In this document: piece by piece, positions 8,677 to 17,598 of the stretch
How the letters are laid out: every line of letters starts with the position of its first letter
Position numbering within the stretch: position 1 is the first letter of the stretch
IMG/VR virus record: IMGVR_UViG_3300044630_001353
DNA length: 64,000 nucleotides
Source of the DNA: an uncultured virus (IMG/VR IMGVR_UViG_3300044630_001353)
Taxonomy: Duplodnaviria > Heunggongvirae > Uroviricota > Caudoviricetes
Reading direction: 5' to 3' (one strand)
The notes under the pieces: model-generated
Told to the model about the DNA's origin: nothing
What the model saw: only the letters and a program-made list of their open reading frames with translations
The model's database searches: none
Position numbers and translations under genes: made by a program

Positions 8677-9073
8677 ATTTGATGTTAGTGCGGTTAATCT
8701 CAGCGGTGTGCTTAATACCACTGCTGAAGAGAAAGCCAAACAACTTCCAGACCCGGCCACGTACCACTTGTTGTGTATGTTGCCAAAGGCGGAAGAAGAG
8801 TTTAGCGAAACCGGCATTTTGAAGTCGGCTACCGCTATGCATTATGAGGAGTTACTCTCCCCAGTACTATTCGTGGCCAAAATAGGCTCCGATGCGTTTA
8901 AAGACGAAAAGCGCTTCCCTTCAGGCCCAGCCTGTCAGGTCGGAGACTTTGTGTTAGTACGTCCTAACACGGGAACCCGCATGAAGATTCATGGTACTGA
9001 GTGGAGACTCATTGCCGATGACTCCGTGCAGGCTGTTGTGCAAGACCCTCGCGGTATCCAACGCCCTAACTAA
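8669..9073 (+). CDS. GroES/Cpn10-like co-chaperonin
   Basis: P.TYHLL..ETGIL..VAKIG..CQVGDFVLV..GT.MKIHGTEWRLIADDSVQAVV follows the Cpn10 pattern. Confidence 0.8.
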   Translation: MTEFDVSAVNLSGVLNTTAEEKAKQLPDPATYHLLCMLPKAEEEFSETGILKSATAMHYEELLSPVLFVAKIGSDAFKDEKRFPSGPACQVGDFVLVRPNTGTRMKIHGTEWRLIADDSVQAVVQDPRGIQRPN

Positions 9074-9082
9074 GGAGGTTCT

Positions 9083-10051
9083 ATGGCTGATTTTGAAAAA
9101 GTTGAGTTTGAATTTCCTGATGAAAAGGAAGAAAAGAACCCCCGACAGGGCGGCAGAGTGGTTGATGCTGAGCCTGAAATTGAGGTCGAAAAGCCTGAAA
9201 TTGAGGTGGTTAGCGATGTCCCGGAGGATGATAGGGACCGTGAACCCCTTGGTTTTGACCCCGCAGACCCCACCGATGAGGAGCTGGAAAGCTACACCGA
9301 GAGCGCCCGCAACCGTATAAAGCTGTTTACCAAAGGTTTTCACGACCAACGCAGAGCAAAAGAGTCTGCAGAGCGTGAGAAGGACGAAGCTTTACGCATT
9401 GCACACGCAATTGCTGACGAAAACAAGCGTTTAAAGGGCTCACTCAGCCAAGGGCAGAATGCCTTGCTGGAGCAGGCTAAACGCACTGTTGAGCAGGAGC
9501 TTAAAGATGCGAAAGCGATGTTTAAAGAGGCTTACGAAGCCGGCGACTCGGACAAGTTGTTGGAGGCGCAGGAAGCGCTCACTAACGCTAAAATCCGCGC
9601 CGATAAAGTAAATAATTTTAAGCCAGCCCCTTTACAAGAGCCAGAAACTCCTGTACAAATCACACCGCAACCTCAACAAGTTGCTCCTGTTGACGAAAAA
9701 CTGCTTGCATGGCAAGACCAAAATCAGTGGTTTGGAAGCAACAAGCGCATGACCTCATACGCCCTCGGGCTGCATGAGGAGCTTGTAGAGAGCGGTATAC
9801 GAGTTGGCAGCAACGAATACTACAAACGTATCGATGCTGACATACGCGAAAGATTCCCTGACCAAGTTGGAGCCCGGGAGTCCGTTGATGCAAAACCTCA
9901 ACGTACCAAATCCAATGTTGTTTCACCCGCAACTAGAAGTACTGCACCTAGAAAAATCGTACTGACAGAAACGCAAGTGAATATCGCCAAGCGGTTGGGA
10001 GTTCCGTTGGAACTGTACGCCCGCAAGGTGGCTGAAGAAATGAGGAAATGA
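9083..10051 (+). CDS. putative capsid scaffolding protein
   Basis: Acidic N-terminus, coiled coil, C-terminal IAKRLGVPLELYARK; upstream of the capsid genes. Confidence 0.7.
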   Translation: MADFEKVEFEFPDEKEEKNPRQGGRVVDAEPEIEVEKPEIEVVSDVPEDDRDREPLGFDPADPTDEELESYTESARNRIKLFTKGFHDQRRAKESAEREKDEALRIAHAIADENKRLKGSLSQGQNALLEQAKRTVEQELKDAKAMFKEAYEAGDSDKLLEAQEALTNAKIRADKVNNFKPAPLQEPETPVQITPQPQQVAPVDEKLLAWQDQNQWFGSNKRMTSYALGLHEELVESGIRVGSNEYYKRIDADIRERFPDQVGARESVDAKPQRTKSNVVSPATRSTAPRKIVLTETQVNIAKRLGVPLELYARKVAEEMRK

Positions 10052-10506
10052 AAATGGAAAAATCATCACGTCCTAGCCGTGCCCTTGAGACCCGCGAAGC
10101 TGTAGAGCGCCCAAAACAATGGATGCCTCCACAATTGTTGCCCGACCCTACTCCCGAGGAAGGTTATGCATTCCGTTGGATTCGAATTGCGACACAAGGT
10201 AAAGATGACCCCACTAACATTTCCGGCAAGCTTCGCGAGGGCTGGGAACCTGTTAAGGCTTCCGACCACCCTGAGATTCGTTTGTTTGGACAGCCCGCAG
10301 GGAACTTTCCAGACAGCATTCAAGTGGGCGGTTTGATGCTTTGCAAAACACCTGTGGAGTTTACTGTGCAGCGTGACGAGTATTACCAAAATCAGGCTAA
10401 TGCTCAAATGCAATCAGTGGACAACACTTACATGCGTGAAAATAATCCAAAGATGCCTCTCTTCCAAGAGAAAAGCACCCGGGTTAGTTTCGGTAAAGGT
10501 ATTTAA
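10048..10506 (+). CDS. hypothetical head-module protein
   Basis: Coupled ORF in the head operon; GYAFRWIR..EGWEPV. Confidence 0.7.
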   Translation: MKMEKSSRPSRALETREAVERPKQWMPPQLLPDPTPEEGYAFRWIRIATQGKDDPTNISGKLREGWEPVKASDHPEIRLFGQPAGNFPDSIQVGGLMLCKTPVEFTVQRDEYYQNQANAQMQSVDNTYMRENNPKMPLFQEKSTRVSFGKGI

Positions 10507-10524
10507 CTTTTTTAGGAGTCTTAA

Positions 10525-11370
10525 ATGGCTTATCCCACTGTCTCGGCCCCATACGGCCTAAAGCCAGTGAATTTGATTGGTGGTCAAGTGTTTGCGGGTT
10601 CTACCCGTAGCCTTGCAATCCCTTACGGGTACGGCACCAACATTTTCTATGGCGATTTCGTGCAACTTAATCGTGGTTTTATTAACCGCCTGTCAGTGAC
10701 TGCTGGTTCTAGCACAATTTTTCCAGTTGGCATTTTTCTAGGTTGTTCATTTACCAACCCTGTAACTAAGCAAAAGACTTTTAGCCAATTTTGGCCTTCA
10801 AGCACTTTAGCTGGTGACGCTGTGGCCATCGTTTGCGATGACCCTGATACCATTTTCCAAGCAGCTATCTGCTCAAGTGGTACAACAATTGGCTCCGCCG
10901 CTACCGCGATGGTTGGTCAAAACATGCAAATGTTGAACAACACTGGTAACATTAACACTGGCAACTCAGCTAACGCTGTTGCTGGCGTGACTGCTACCCC
11001 TGCAACAACATCTACCTTCCCAGTTCGTATCGTTGGCGTAGTGCCTGACACTGCTGTTGCTCAGTCTTATACTGGTTCCTCTTCAGGCACCACTATTACT
11101 TTGACAACACCATTGGCTTCCACTGGCGCGGTCATCGTGGGTTCAGAAGTTGGTTATATTGCCGGCAACGGCCAAGTCATCGGTTTGGGTTCTTTTGTGG
11201 CTTCTGTCACAAACACCACAACCGTTGTTTTGAACCAACAAGGTTTGGTTTTAGGTTCCGGTAACGACATCCCGGCTGCTTCAACTATTGTGTTTACACA
11301 GTATCCCGAAGTGCTCGTGAAGTTGAACATGGGCCAACAAGCCTATTACAACAGCCTCGGTGTGGCATAA
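10525..11370 (+). CDS. putative capsid decoration/minor capsid protein
   Basis: Strong RBS; Thr/Gly-rich beta protein immediately upstream of the major capsid gene. Confidence 0.6.
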   Translation: MAYPTVSAPYGLKPVNLIGGQVFAGSTRSLAIPYGYGTNIFYGDFVQLNRGFINRLSVTAGSSTIFPVGIFLGCSFTNPVTKQKTFSQFWPSSTLAGDAVAIVCDDPDTIFQAAICSSGTTIGSAATAMVGQNMQMLNNTGNINTGNSANAVAGVTATPATTSTFPVRIVGVVPDTAVAQSYTGSSSGTTITLTTPLASTGAVIVGSEVGYIAGNGQVIGLGSFVASVTNTTTVVLNQQGLVLGSGNDIPAASTIVFTQYPEVLVKLNMGQQAYYNSLGVA

Positions 11371-11380
11371 GGAGTAAATC

Positions 11381-12292
11381 ATGGCTATTTCACGCGCACA
11401 ACTACTTAAAGAACTCCTCCCCGGCCTGAACGCATTGTTCGGCTTGGAGTACGCCCGCTACGGTGAAGAGCATAAAGAAATTTATGACACTGAAACCTCC
11501 GAGCGTTCCTTCGAAGAGGAAACAAAACTGTCAGGCTTCTCAGCCGCTCCTGTTAAAAACGAAGGCCAAGCCATCGCTTATGACAACGCGCAAGAGGCAT
11601 GGACTGCACGTTACAACCACGAAACAATCGCGATGGGTTTCTCCATCACCGAAGAAGCCGTGGAAGATAACTTGTATGACAGCTTGTCTTCACGCTACAC
11701 AAAGGGCTTGGCTCGCGCCATGGCTTACACCAAACAGGTGAAAGCTGCTGCAACTTTGAACAATGGTTTTAGCTCCGCCTTCACTTATGGCGACGGCGTA
11801 GCATTGTTCTCAACTGCACACCCCTTGGTCAACGGTGGTACAAACAGCAACCGTCCTTCCACAGCCGCTGACTTGAATGAAACATCGTTGGAAAACGCTG
11901 TTATTCAGATCGCAGCTTGGACTGATGAGCGCGGTTTGCTGATCGCCGCTAAGCCCAAGAAGTTGATTGTTCCACCAGCACTGATGTTCGTTGCAACTCG
12001 TTTGCTCGAAACTGAATTGCGCGTTGGTACAGCCGACAACGACATTAACGCATTGAAGAACAATGGTTCCATCCCCGAAGGTTATTGTGTCAACCACTAC
12101 TTGACAGATACCAACGCATGGTTCTTGACAACTGATGTGCCTAATGGTTTGAAGCACTTTGTCCGTACACCGCTGTCTAACAGCATGGACGGCGACTTTG
12201 ACACAGGTAACGTTCGTTACAAAGCCCGCGAGCGTTACAGCTTCGGTGTGTCTGACCCGCTGGGCATTTACGGCTCACCCGGTTCGTCCTAA
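11381..12292 (+). CDS. major capsid protein
   Basis: MAISRAQLLKELLPGLNALFG..., PKKLIVPPAL, RYKARERYSFG; AAGGAG RBS; followed by a terminator. Confidence 0.9.
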   Translation: MAISRAQLLKELLPGLNALFGLEYARYGEEHKEIYDTETSERSFEEETKLSGFSAAPVKNEGQAIAYDNAQEAWTARYNHETIAMGFSITEEAVEDNLYDSLSSRYTKGLARAMAYTKQVKAAATLNNGFSSAFTYGDGVALFSTAHPLVNGGTNSNRPSTAADLNETSLENAVIQIAAWTDERGLLIAAKPKKLIVPPALMFVATRLLETELRVGTADNDINALKNNGSIPEGYCVNHYLTDTNAWFLTTDVPNGLKHFVRTPLSNSMDGDFDTGNVRYKARERYSFGVSDPLGIYGSPGSS

Positions 12293-12303
12293 TCGACGTA
12301 AAG

Positions 12304-12331
12304 AAAAAGGGAGCTTCGGCTCCCTTTTTTG
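12304..12331 (+). terminator. intrinsic terminator
   Basis: aaaaagggagc-ttcg-gctcccttttttt. Confidence 0.9.
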
Positions 12332-12360
12332 TTGCATTGGTTTAAACGGAGTGGTATAAA
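12332..12360 (+). promoter_or_regulatory. sigma70-type promoter
   Basis: TTGCAT-17-TATAAA with extended TG; GTTTAAAC in the spacer. Confidence 0.65.
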
Positions 12361-12365
12361 TAGAC

Positions 12366-12446
12366 ATCCGGGCTTTCCGGTGCATTAGACAGTCCCGGCT
12401 GACGACATACAGACTAATGCACTTAACTTGTATGTAAGGAAAAATC
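12366..12446 (+). ncRNA. candidate cis-regulatory leader RNA with a kissing-loop pseudoknot
   Basis: P1 ccggg/cccgg, P2 acataca/tgtatgt; loops gtgcattag and ctaatgcac are complementary; abuts the SD. Confidence 0.6.
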
Positions 12447-12770
12447 ATGGCATCGACCACCTTCTCCGGCCCAGTAACGTCCACAAATGGCTTTATTGGC
12501 GCAGTAACCGGCAATATCACTGGCAACGTAACAGGCGACGTAACCGGTACAATCACAGGTAATGTAGACTCAACCGCAGGCTACATCCAGCTTCGCACTG
12601 CTACTACAACACAAATTGCTTCTGCAACAGACTCCGTAAACACTGTTGGTAAAGCCGCAGGTACTATTGTGTTTAACACCACTTTAGGTACATTGAAAAT
12701 TGCTACAGGCGCAACTGCTACTAGCACTTGGGTGAATGCTGACGGCACTACCGCTGTTACACCATCCTAA
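12447..12770 (+). CDS. hypothetical virion protein (Thr/Gly-rich, GNVTG repeats)
   Basis: AAGGA RBS; VTGNITGNVTGDVTG repeat. Confidence 0.7.
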   Translation: MASTTFSGPVTSTNGFIGAVTGNITGNVTGDVTGTITGNVDSTAGYIQLRTATTTQIASATDSVNTVGKAAGTIVFNTTLGTLKIATGATATSTWVNADGTTAVTPS

Positions 12771-12786
12771 TTAGGGGCATCAAATC

Positions 12787-13065
12787 ATGATGCAATATGA
12801 CGTAAAAGCGGCGCACACTGAGGCGACAGGCACGGTAGTGTCTCAACGAACACGTTTGAAAGCGTATCACTGCATATCAGGCGGTACTGCTGGGGATGTA
12901 ATCTTTCGTGACGGCGGATCAGGCGGCACCATTCTTTTGCAATTTAACATTGGTACTGGTACACAACCAATCACTATGTCAATTCCCGGAGAAGGTATTT
13001 TGTTCAATACCAATATCCATGTGACATTACCTGCAACTGCCAAAATCACGGTGTTTTATGGCTAA
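12787..13065 (+). CDS. hypothetical virion protein
   Basis: ORF in the late operon, beta-rich. Confidence 0.7.
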   Translation: MMQYDVKAAHTEATGTVVSQRTRLKAYHCISGGTAGDVIFRDGGSGGTILLQFNIGTGTQPITMSIPGEGILFNTNIHVTLPATAKITVFYG

Positions 13066-13303
13066 GAGTCCAGCATGGCAGAGGAAAGAAGGGAAGAACC
13101 CCAAAGGCGGTTTAAACGCCAAGGGTCGAGCCTCCGCCAAAAAGCAAGGGATGAACTTGAAACCGCCCCAGCCAGAAGGAGGCTCCCGCAAGGACTCTTT
13201 CTGTGCGAGGATGGAAGGCATGAAGTCGAAGCTGACGTCCGCAAAGACCGCAAAAGACCCAGACTCTCGTATTAACAAGTCTTTGAGGGCATGGAAGTGC
13301 TAG
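13058..13303 (+). CDS. small basic hypothetical protein
   Basis: K/R-rich, SFCARM..SLRAWKC. Confidence 0.7.
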   Translation: MAKSPAWQRKEGKNPKGGLNAKGRASAKKQGMNLKPPQPEGGSRKDSFCARMEGMKSKLTSAKTAKDPDSRINKSLRAWKC

Positions 13304-13539
13304 ACATCAACACCATTTGGTCGGCAGCGTTAACCCTGTTTACGGGGCTGCTGACCTATGTTGTCAAGGATAAGTTTGATGAACTCCAACGCCTTGGCAT
13401 TCTGCTAAACCGCACCCGAGAGGAGATCGCACGTGATTACACAACTAACGCAGAAGTGCAAAGAATTACTGACCACATTGACCAACGTTTTAACAAGCTG
13501 GAAGCAAAAATTGACCAGCTTATTCAATCGGGAAGGTAA
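13291..13539 (+). CDS. small membrane-anchored coiled-coil protein
   Basis: N-terminal hydrophobic helix followed by a coiled coil. Confidence 0.65.
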   Translation: MEVLDINTIWSAALTLFTGLLTYVVKDKFDELQRLGILLNRTREEIARDYTTNAEVQRITDHIDQRFNKLEAKIDQLIQSGR

Positions 13540-13545
13540 GTAACC

Positions 13546-13920
13546 ATGGCACTACCATTGCTAGCAACACTTGGTAAAGCCTACCTAACTGGTAAGGCTA
13601 AGGACTATGCCTCAGCTAAAGCAGAGGATGCCTTGGGACTGCCAAAAGATTCAATTGCCCTGCTTGCTAACCCCACCGGCTTTGCAAAAAATATCGCTAA
13701 GGGTATAGCAACAGACTACGCCAAGGATGCTTTTATGGGGCGTGATGCTATCCCCGAAGAAGACCGCAGCTTCACATCTGGTAGCAATAAGCTTCAAGAG
13801 CTAGACGCCATGGAGTATGAAGGTGACTACAAACGCGGTGGCAAGGTTAAAGCCAGCAAAGCTTCCCGCCGTGGCGATGGTATTGCCCAGCGCGGAAAAA
13901 CTCGTGGTAAGTATCTGTAA
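13546..13920 (+). CDS. hypothetical protein with GG..RxDGxAxxGKTxG tail
   Basis: C-terminal YKRGGKV..RRGDGIAQRGKTRG. Confidence 0.7.
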   Translation: MALPLLATLGKAYLTGKAKDYASAKAEDALGLPKDSIALLANPTGFAKNIAKGIATDYAKDAFMGRDAIPEEDRSFTSGSNKLQELDAMEYEGDYKRGGKVKASKASRRGDGIAQRGKTRGKYL

Positions 13921-13958
13921 CACAGCCAATAATGGCTAAACTTTAACAAGGGTAAATC

Positions 13959-14153
13959 ATGAAACATCAAGACGTCAAAATGGACAAATCCATGATGCAA
14001 AAGGCTGTGAACAAACACGAAGGCCGTTTACACAAAGGTGCAGCCAAGACTAAATTGTCTGCTGGCGGCTACACCCGTGCGGCTGATGGCGTTGCTAGCA
14101 AAGGCAAAACCAAAGGCACCATGGTCAAAATGATGGGCGGCGGTAAGTGCTAA
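13959..14153 (+). CDS. small basic protein with RxDGxAxxGKTxG motif
   Basis: LSAGGYTRAADGVASKGKTKG. Confidence 0.65.
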   Translation: MKHQDVKMDKSMMQKAVNKHEGRLHKGAAKTKLSAGGYTRAADGVASKGKTKGTMVKMMGGGKC

Positions 14154-14162
14154 GGAAATATC

Positions 14163-14525
14163 ATGGCTACTAAAAAAAGCAAACCAGCTAACTACGAGCA
14201 CTTGGTAAAAGGCTCCGATATGGCATCTGATGAGTACGCCCCCGACAGCACGGTGTCTTTCTCAGCCGATAAACCTGTTAGCGGAGCAAATCGCTATGTT
14301 GGCCCTAATGCCTCTAAAGCTGGCGCAGGTCGTGGCAAGCAAGGTGGCCCCACAGCCAAAGAACTTCAGAGGTACGAAGAAAAGCAGGACGCTGGTATTT
14401 TTACCAAAGGCAAGCGCCTGCCACCTTCCCCCCGTGAAATGGCTAGTGGCGGTAAAGTTGCGTCAGCCTCTAAACGTGCTGATGGTTGTGCCACTCAAGG
14501 TAAAACGCGAGGTAAATTTGTATGA
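14163..14525 (+). CDS. basic protein with RxDGxAxxGKTxG motif
   Basis: MASGGKV..KRADGCATQGKTRG; AAGGA RBS. Confidence 0.7.
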   Translation: MATKKSKPANYEHLVKGSDMASDEYAPDSTVSFSADKPVSGANRYVGPNASKAGAGRGKQGGPTAKELQRYEEKQDAGIFTKGKRLPPSPREMASGGKVASASKRADGCATQGKTRGKFV

Positions 14526-14770
14526 TGAACAGTCGTGGCATGGGTGCCGTAATGCCCAGTAAAATGGCCGGCGGGAAAAAGAAAGCTCGCCGTGATAATA
14601 CCGACTTTACGCAGTACGCTGAGGGAGGTCCTGTTGGCTTGTATGCCAACATTAACGCCAAGAAAAAACGTATCGCCGCTGGCTCTAAAGAGAAGATGCG
14701 CAAGCCCGGTCAGAAGGGCGCTCCTACTGCTGACGCTTTTGTTCAATCTGCAAAGACTGCTAAAACATGA
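14522..14770 (+). CDS. small basic protein
   Basis: YAEGGPVGLYANINAKKKR; coupled to both neighbours. Confidence 0.7.
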   Translation: MMNSRGMGAVMPSKMAGGKKKARRDNTDFTQYAEGGPVGLYANINAKKKRIAAGSKEKMRKPGQKGAPTADAFVQSAKTAKT

Positions 14771-15693
14771 CCACCACCGGCACCACCCTCTTTAATCTTG
14801 ACTTCACGGATATTGCCGAGGAAGCGTGGGAGCGTGCCGGTCGTGAACTGCGTTCAGGTTATGACTTGCGTACAGCACGCCGGTCAATGAACCTGATGAC
14901 CATTGAGTGGCAAAACCGTGGTATCAACATGTGGACGATGGAGCAGGGTGTAATCACACTGACTGCTGGTTTAAACACCTACGCCCTGCCCACTGACACC
15001 ATTGATTTGCTTGAACATGTAATTCGTACTGGTCAAAACACAGCCTCCACGCAGGCTGACTTAACCATTACCCGTATTAGTGTTTCTACTTATGCAACCA
15101 TCCCAAACAAGTTACAACAGGCGCGACCGATTCAGGTATGGGTTCAAAGGTTATCTGGTGAGACAAATCCTACAAGCATTACGCTCTCGGGGACGATTAC
15201 ATCGACAGCCACCACCATCACATTAAGTTCAGTGACTGGCTTGGCTGGGTCAGGCTTCATTAAGCTTGACAGTGAAATAATTTATTACGGGTACCTGTCC
15301 GGCACAACCTTGGGTAATGTGTTTCGTGGGCAGGCTGGTACTACCGCCGCCGCTCATACAACAGGTGCCGCAGTATCTGTTCCCCAGCTTCCTGCAGTGA
15401 CTGTCTGGCCAACACCTGACAACACCACAACGTATCAATTTGTGTATTGGCGTTTGCGCCGAGTGCAAGACGCTGGCTCAGGTCCTGAGACGGCGGACAT
15501 GAACTTCCGCTTCCTGCCCGCACTGACTGCGGGTTTGGCCTATCACATAGCCATGAAGGTGCCTGAGATGGCAAACCGTGTAGACATGCTTAAAGCGGCT
15601 TACATGGAACAATTTGATTTAGCGGCTGGTGAGGACCGGGAGAAGGCTCCCATTAGGTTCGTACCCCGCAGAATGTTTATTGGTGGCTCGTAA
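14767..15693 (+). CDS. putative head-tail adaptor/connector
   Basis: DIAEEAWERAG..TARRSMNLM..EWQNRG helical adaptor-like N-terminus; VWPTPD; position after the capsid module. Confidence 0.6.
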   Translation: MTTTGTTLFNLDFTDIAEEAWERAGRELRSGYDLRTARRSMNLMTIEWQNRGINMWTMEQGVITLTAGLNTYALPTDTIDLLEHVIRTGQNTASTQADLTITRISVSTYATIPNKLQQARPIQVWVQRLSGETNPTSITLSGTITSTATTITLSSVTGLAGSGFIKLDSEIIYYGYLSGTTLGNVFRGQAGTTAAAHTTGAAVSVPQLPAVTVWPTPDNTTTYQFVYWRLRRVQDAGSGPETADMNFRFLPALTAGLAYHIAMKVPEMANRVDMLKAAYMEQFDLAAGEDREKAPIRFVPRRMFIGGS

Positions 15694-16076
15694 TGTCTAA
15701 TCAGTTTGCTTCGGGTAAACGGGCGATTGCCATGTGTGATCGCTGCGGTCAGCAATTTAAGCTGAAAACCCTGCGCACTGAAATCATTAAAACTAAGAAG
15801 TATCAACTTCTGGTGTGCAATGAATGCTGGGACCCTGACCAGCCTCAATTACAGTTGGGTATGTATCCGGTATATGACCCGCAAGCGCTTCGCAACCCAC
15901 GTAAAGACACAACGTACGTAACTGCAGGCGTCAATGCAAATAACAATTCCACAGGTGGTTCTCGGGACATTCAGTGGGGTTGGAGTCCGGTCGGTGGATC
16001 AAGTAGTTTTGATGCTTATTTAACGCCAAACTACTTGGTAGCAACGACATTTGTTGGTACAGTTACAGTTTCATAG
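15693..16076 (+). CDS. hypothetical protein with CxxC...CxxC
   Basis: CDRCG..VCNECWDPDQPQ. Confidence 0.7.
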   Translation: MSNQFASGKRAIAMCDRCGQQFKLKTLRTEIIKTKKYQLLVCNECWDPDQPQLQLGMYPVYDPQALRNPRKDTTYVTAGVNANNNSTGGSRDIQWGWSPVGGSSSFDAYLTPNYLVATTFVGTVTVS

Positions 16077-16085
16077 GAGCTTAAA

Positions 16086-16271
16086 ATGGCATATACACGA
16101 TCAGCAGACGGCATTGCAAAAAAAGGCAAGACTGAAGGCAAAAATTTGGGTGACAGCGGTCCAAAAGTTAAAATTCAAACTGGCGGCAAAAAGTCTGCTG
16201 GTGTTACTGGTATGGAAATGCGTAAAGTAGGCCGTAATCTGGCTCGCGCAAACAATCAAAAGCGAGGCTAA
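16086..16271 (+). CDS. small basic protein with RxxDGxAxxGKTxG motif
   Basis: MAYTRSADGIAKKGKTEG; AGGAG RBS. Confidence 0.7.
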   Translation: MAYTRSADGIAKKGKTEGKNLGDSGPKVKIQTGGKKSAGVTGMEMRKVGRNLARANNQKRG

Positions 16272-16272
16272 T

Positions 16273-16530
16273 ATGTATAGCAAAAAAATGATGGGCAAAG
16301 AAGTTGGCGATGCCAAAGTTTACGCCACCCCTCACACGATGAAGGGTAAAAAGGTTGCCATTTCAGAAAATCCCGGCTCTGGCAAAAACTTAAGCCGTGC
16401 TGATACGGTGGAAATGACTATTGGAAATGTTAACAAGTCTTCTGGCGGTGCGCCTAAAACATCTGGTATTAAAATGCGTGGTACTGGCGCGGCAACTAAA
16501 GGCGTAATGGCAAGAGGCCCGATGGCATGA
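16273..16530 (+). CDS. small basic protein
   Basis: K/G-rich, RGTGAATKG tail. Confidence 0.7.
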   Translation: MYSKKMMGKEVGDAKVYATPHTMKGKKVAISENPGSGKNLSRADTVEMTIGNVNKSSGGAPKTSGIKMRGTGAATKGVMARGPMA

Positions 16531-17177
16531 ACTACAACGAGCTTGTCTCAGCGGTAAACGATTACTGCGAAAACTCTTTCCCAACTGTGGATATGAATAT
16601 TTTCATTAAGCAGGCGGAGCAGCGCATTTATAACACTGCGCAGCCTTCCAATTTGCGAAAGAACATGACAGGCGTGTTGTCTACCGGCAATAAGTACTTA
16701 TCAGCTCCCGGCGATTTCTTGTCCACATATTCGTTGGCGGTTGTTGATGCAGCCGGTGACTACAAGTATTTACTGAACAAAGATGTGAACTTTGTGCGTG
16801 AGGCGTATCCAAGCGCTTCTGCTACTGGACTTCCAAAACACTATGCCATATTTGGGCCGTCTACGTTAGATTCCACAGAGTTGTCGTTTATTCTTGGCCC
16901 TACGCCAGATTCCAACTATGTGGTGGAGTTGCACTTCTACTACTACCCCGAGTCTATCGTGACGGCTACTACGACATGGCTAGGTGATAATTTTGACTCT
17001 GTGCTTTTGTACGGAACCATTTGCGAAGCTTACACCTACATGAAGGGTGAGGCTGATATGGTTAAGTTGGCGCAGGATCGCTACGTCCAAGCTATTGCTT
17101 TGTATAAAAACTTGGCAGACGGCAAGCAGCGTATGGATGCTTATCGTGATGGTCAGGTTAGGGTGTCTGTTGCATGA
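16527..17177 (+). CDS. putative tail adaptor/tubular protein
   Basis: FIKQAEQRIY..GPTPD..LLYG pattern of podovirus adaptor proteins. Confidence 0.6.
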   Translation: MNYNELVSAVNDYCENSFPTVDMNIFIKQAEQRIYNTAQPSNLRKNMTGVLSTGNKYLSAPGDFLSTYSLAVVDAAGDYKYLLNKDVNFVREAYPSASATGLPKHYAIFGPSTLDSTELSFILGPTPDSNYVVELHFYYYPESIVTATTTWLGDNFDSVLLYGTICEAYTYMKGEADMVKLAQDRYVQAIALYKNLADGKQRMDAYRDGQVRVSVA

Positions 17178-17590
17178 GTTACATCCTACAAACCCAAACC
17201 ACCAGCTTCAAAACGGAGCTGTACACGGGCGTTCACAATCTGTCCACCAACACATTAAAGATTGCTTTATACACGGCCAACGCTAATTTAAACGAAGCCA
17301 CGACCGTGTACGATGCAACCAATGAAGTAAGTGGTGGTGGTTATCCTCCGGGCGGCGTTCCTTTGACCGGCGTGACCATTAACTCATCTGGTTATACCGC
17401 TTATGTAAACTTTGCGAACGTTGTGTTTAACGCTGCGGTGACGGCTCGTTGTGCTTTGATCTACAACTTTACCCAAGGCAATAAGTCTATTGCCGTGTTG
17501 GACTTTGGGTCTGACAAAACTTCTACCAATTTCACTATTACGATGCCCGCCAACACAGTGTCAACGGCGTTAATTCGTAGTTCTATTTAA
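17174..17590 (+). CDS. hypothetical tail-associated protein
   Basis: LKIALYT..NEVSGGGY..ARCALIYN..VLDFG. Confidence 0.65.
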   Translation: MSYILQTQTTSFKTELYTGVHNLSTNTLKIALYTANANLNEATTVYDATNEVSGGGYPPGGVPLTGVTINSSGYTAYVNFANVVFNAAVTARCALIYNFTQGNKSIAVLDFGSDKTSTNFTITMPANTVSTALIRSSI

Positions 17591-17598
17591 AGGTTTTT

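Noticed and set aside
12394..12446. Hammerhead ribozyme (CTGACGA followed by a stem and GAAA)
   Set aside because: GAAA is not adjacent to the stem (taag intervenes), it is part of the SD, and no stem III or NUH site can be built. Kept only as an unassigned structured leader.
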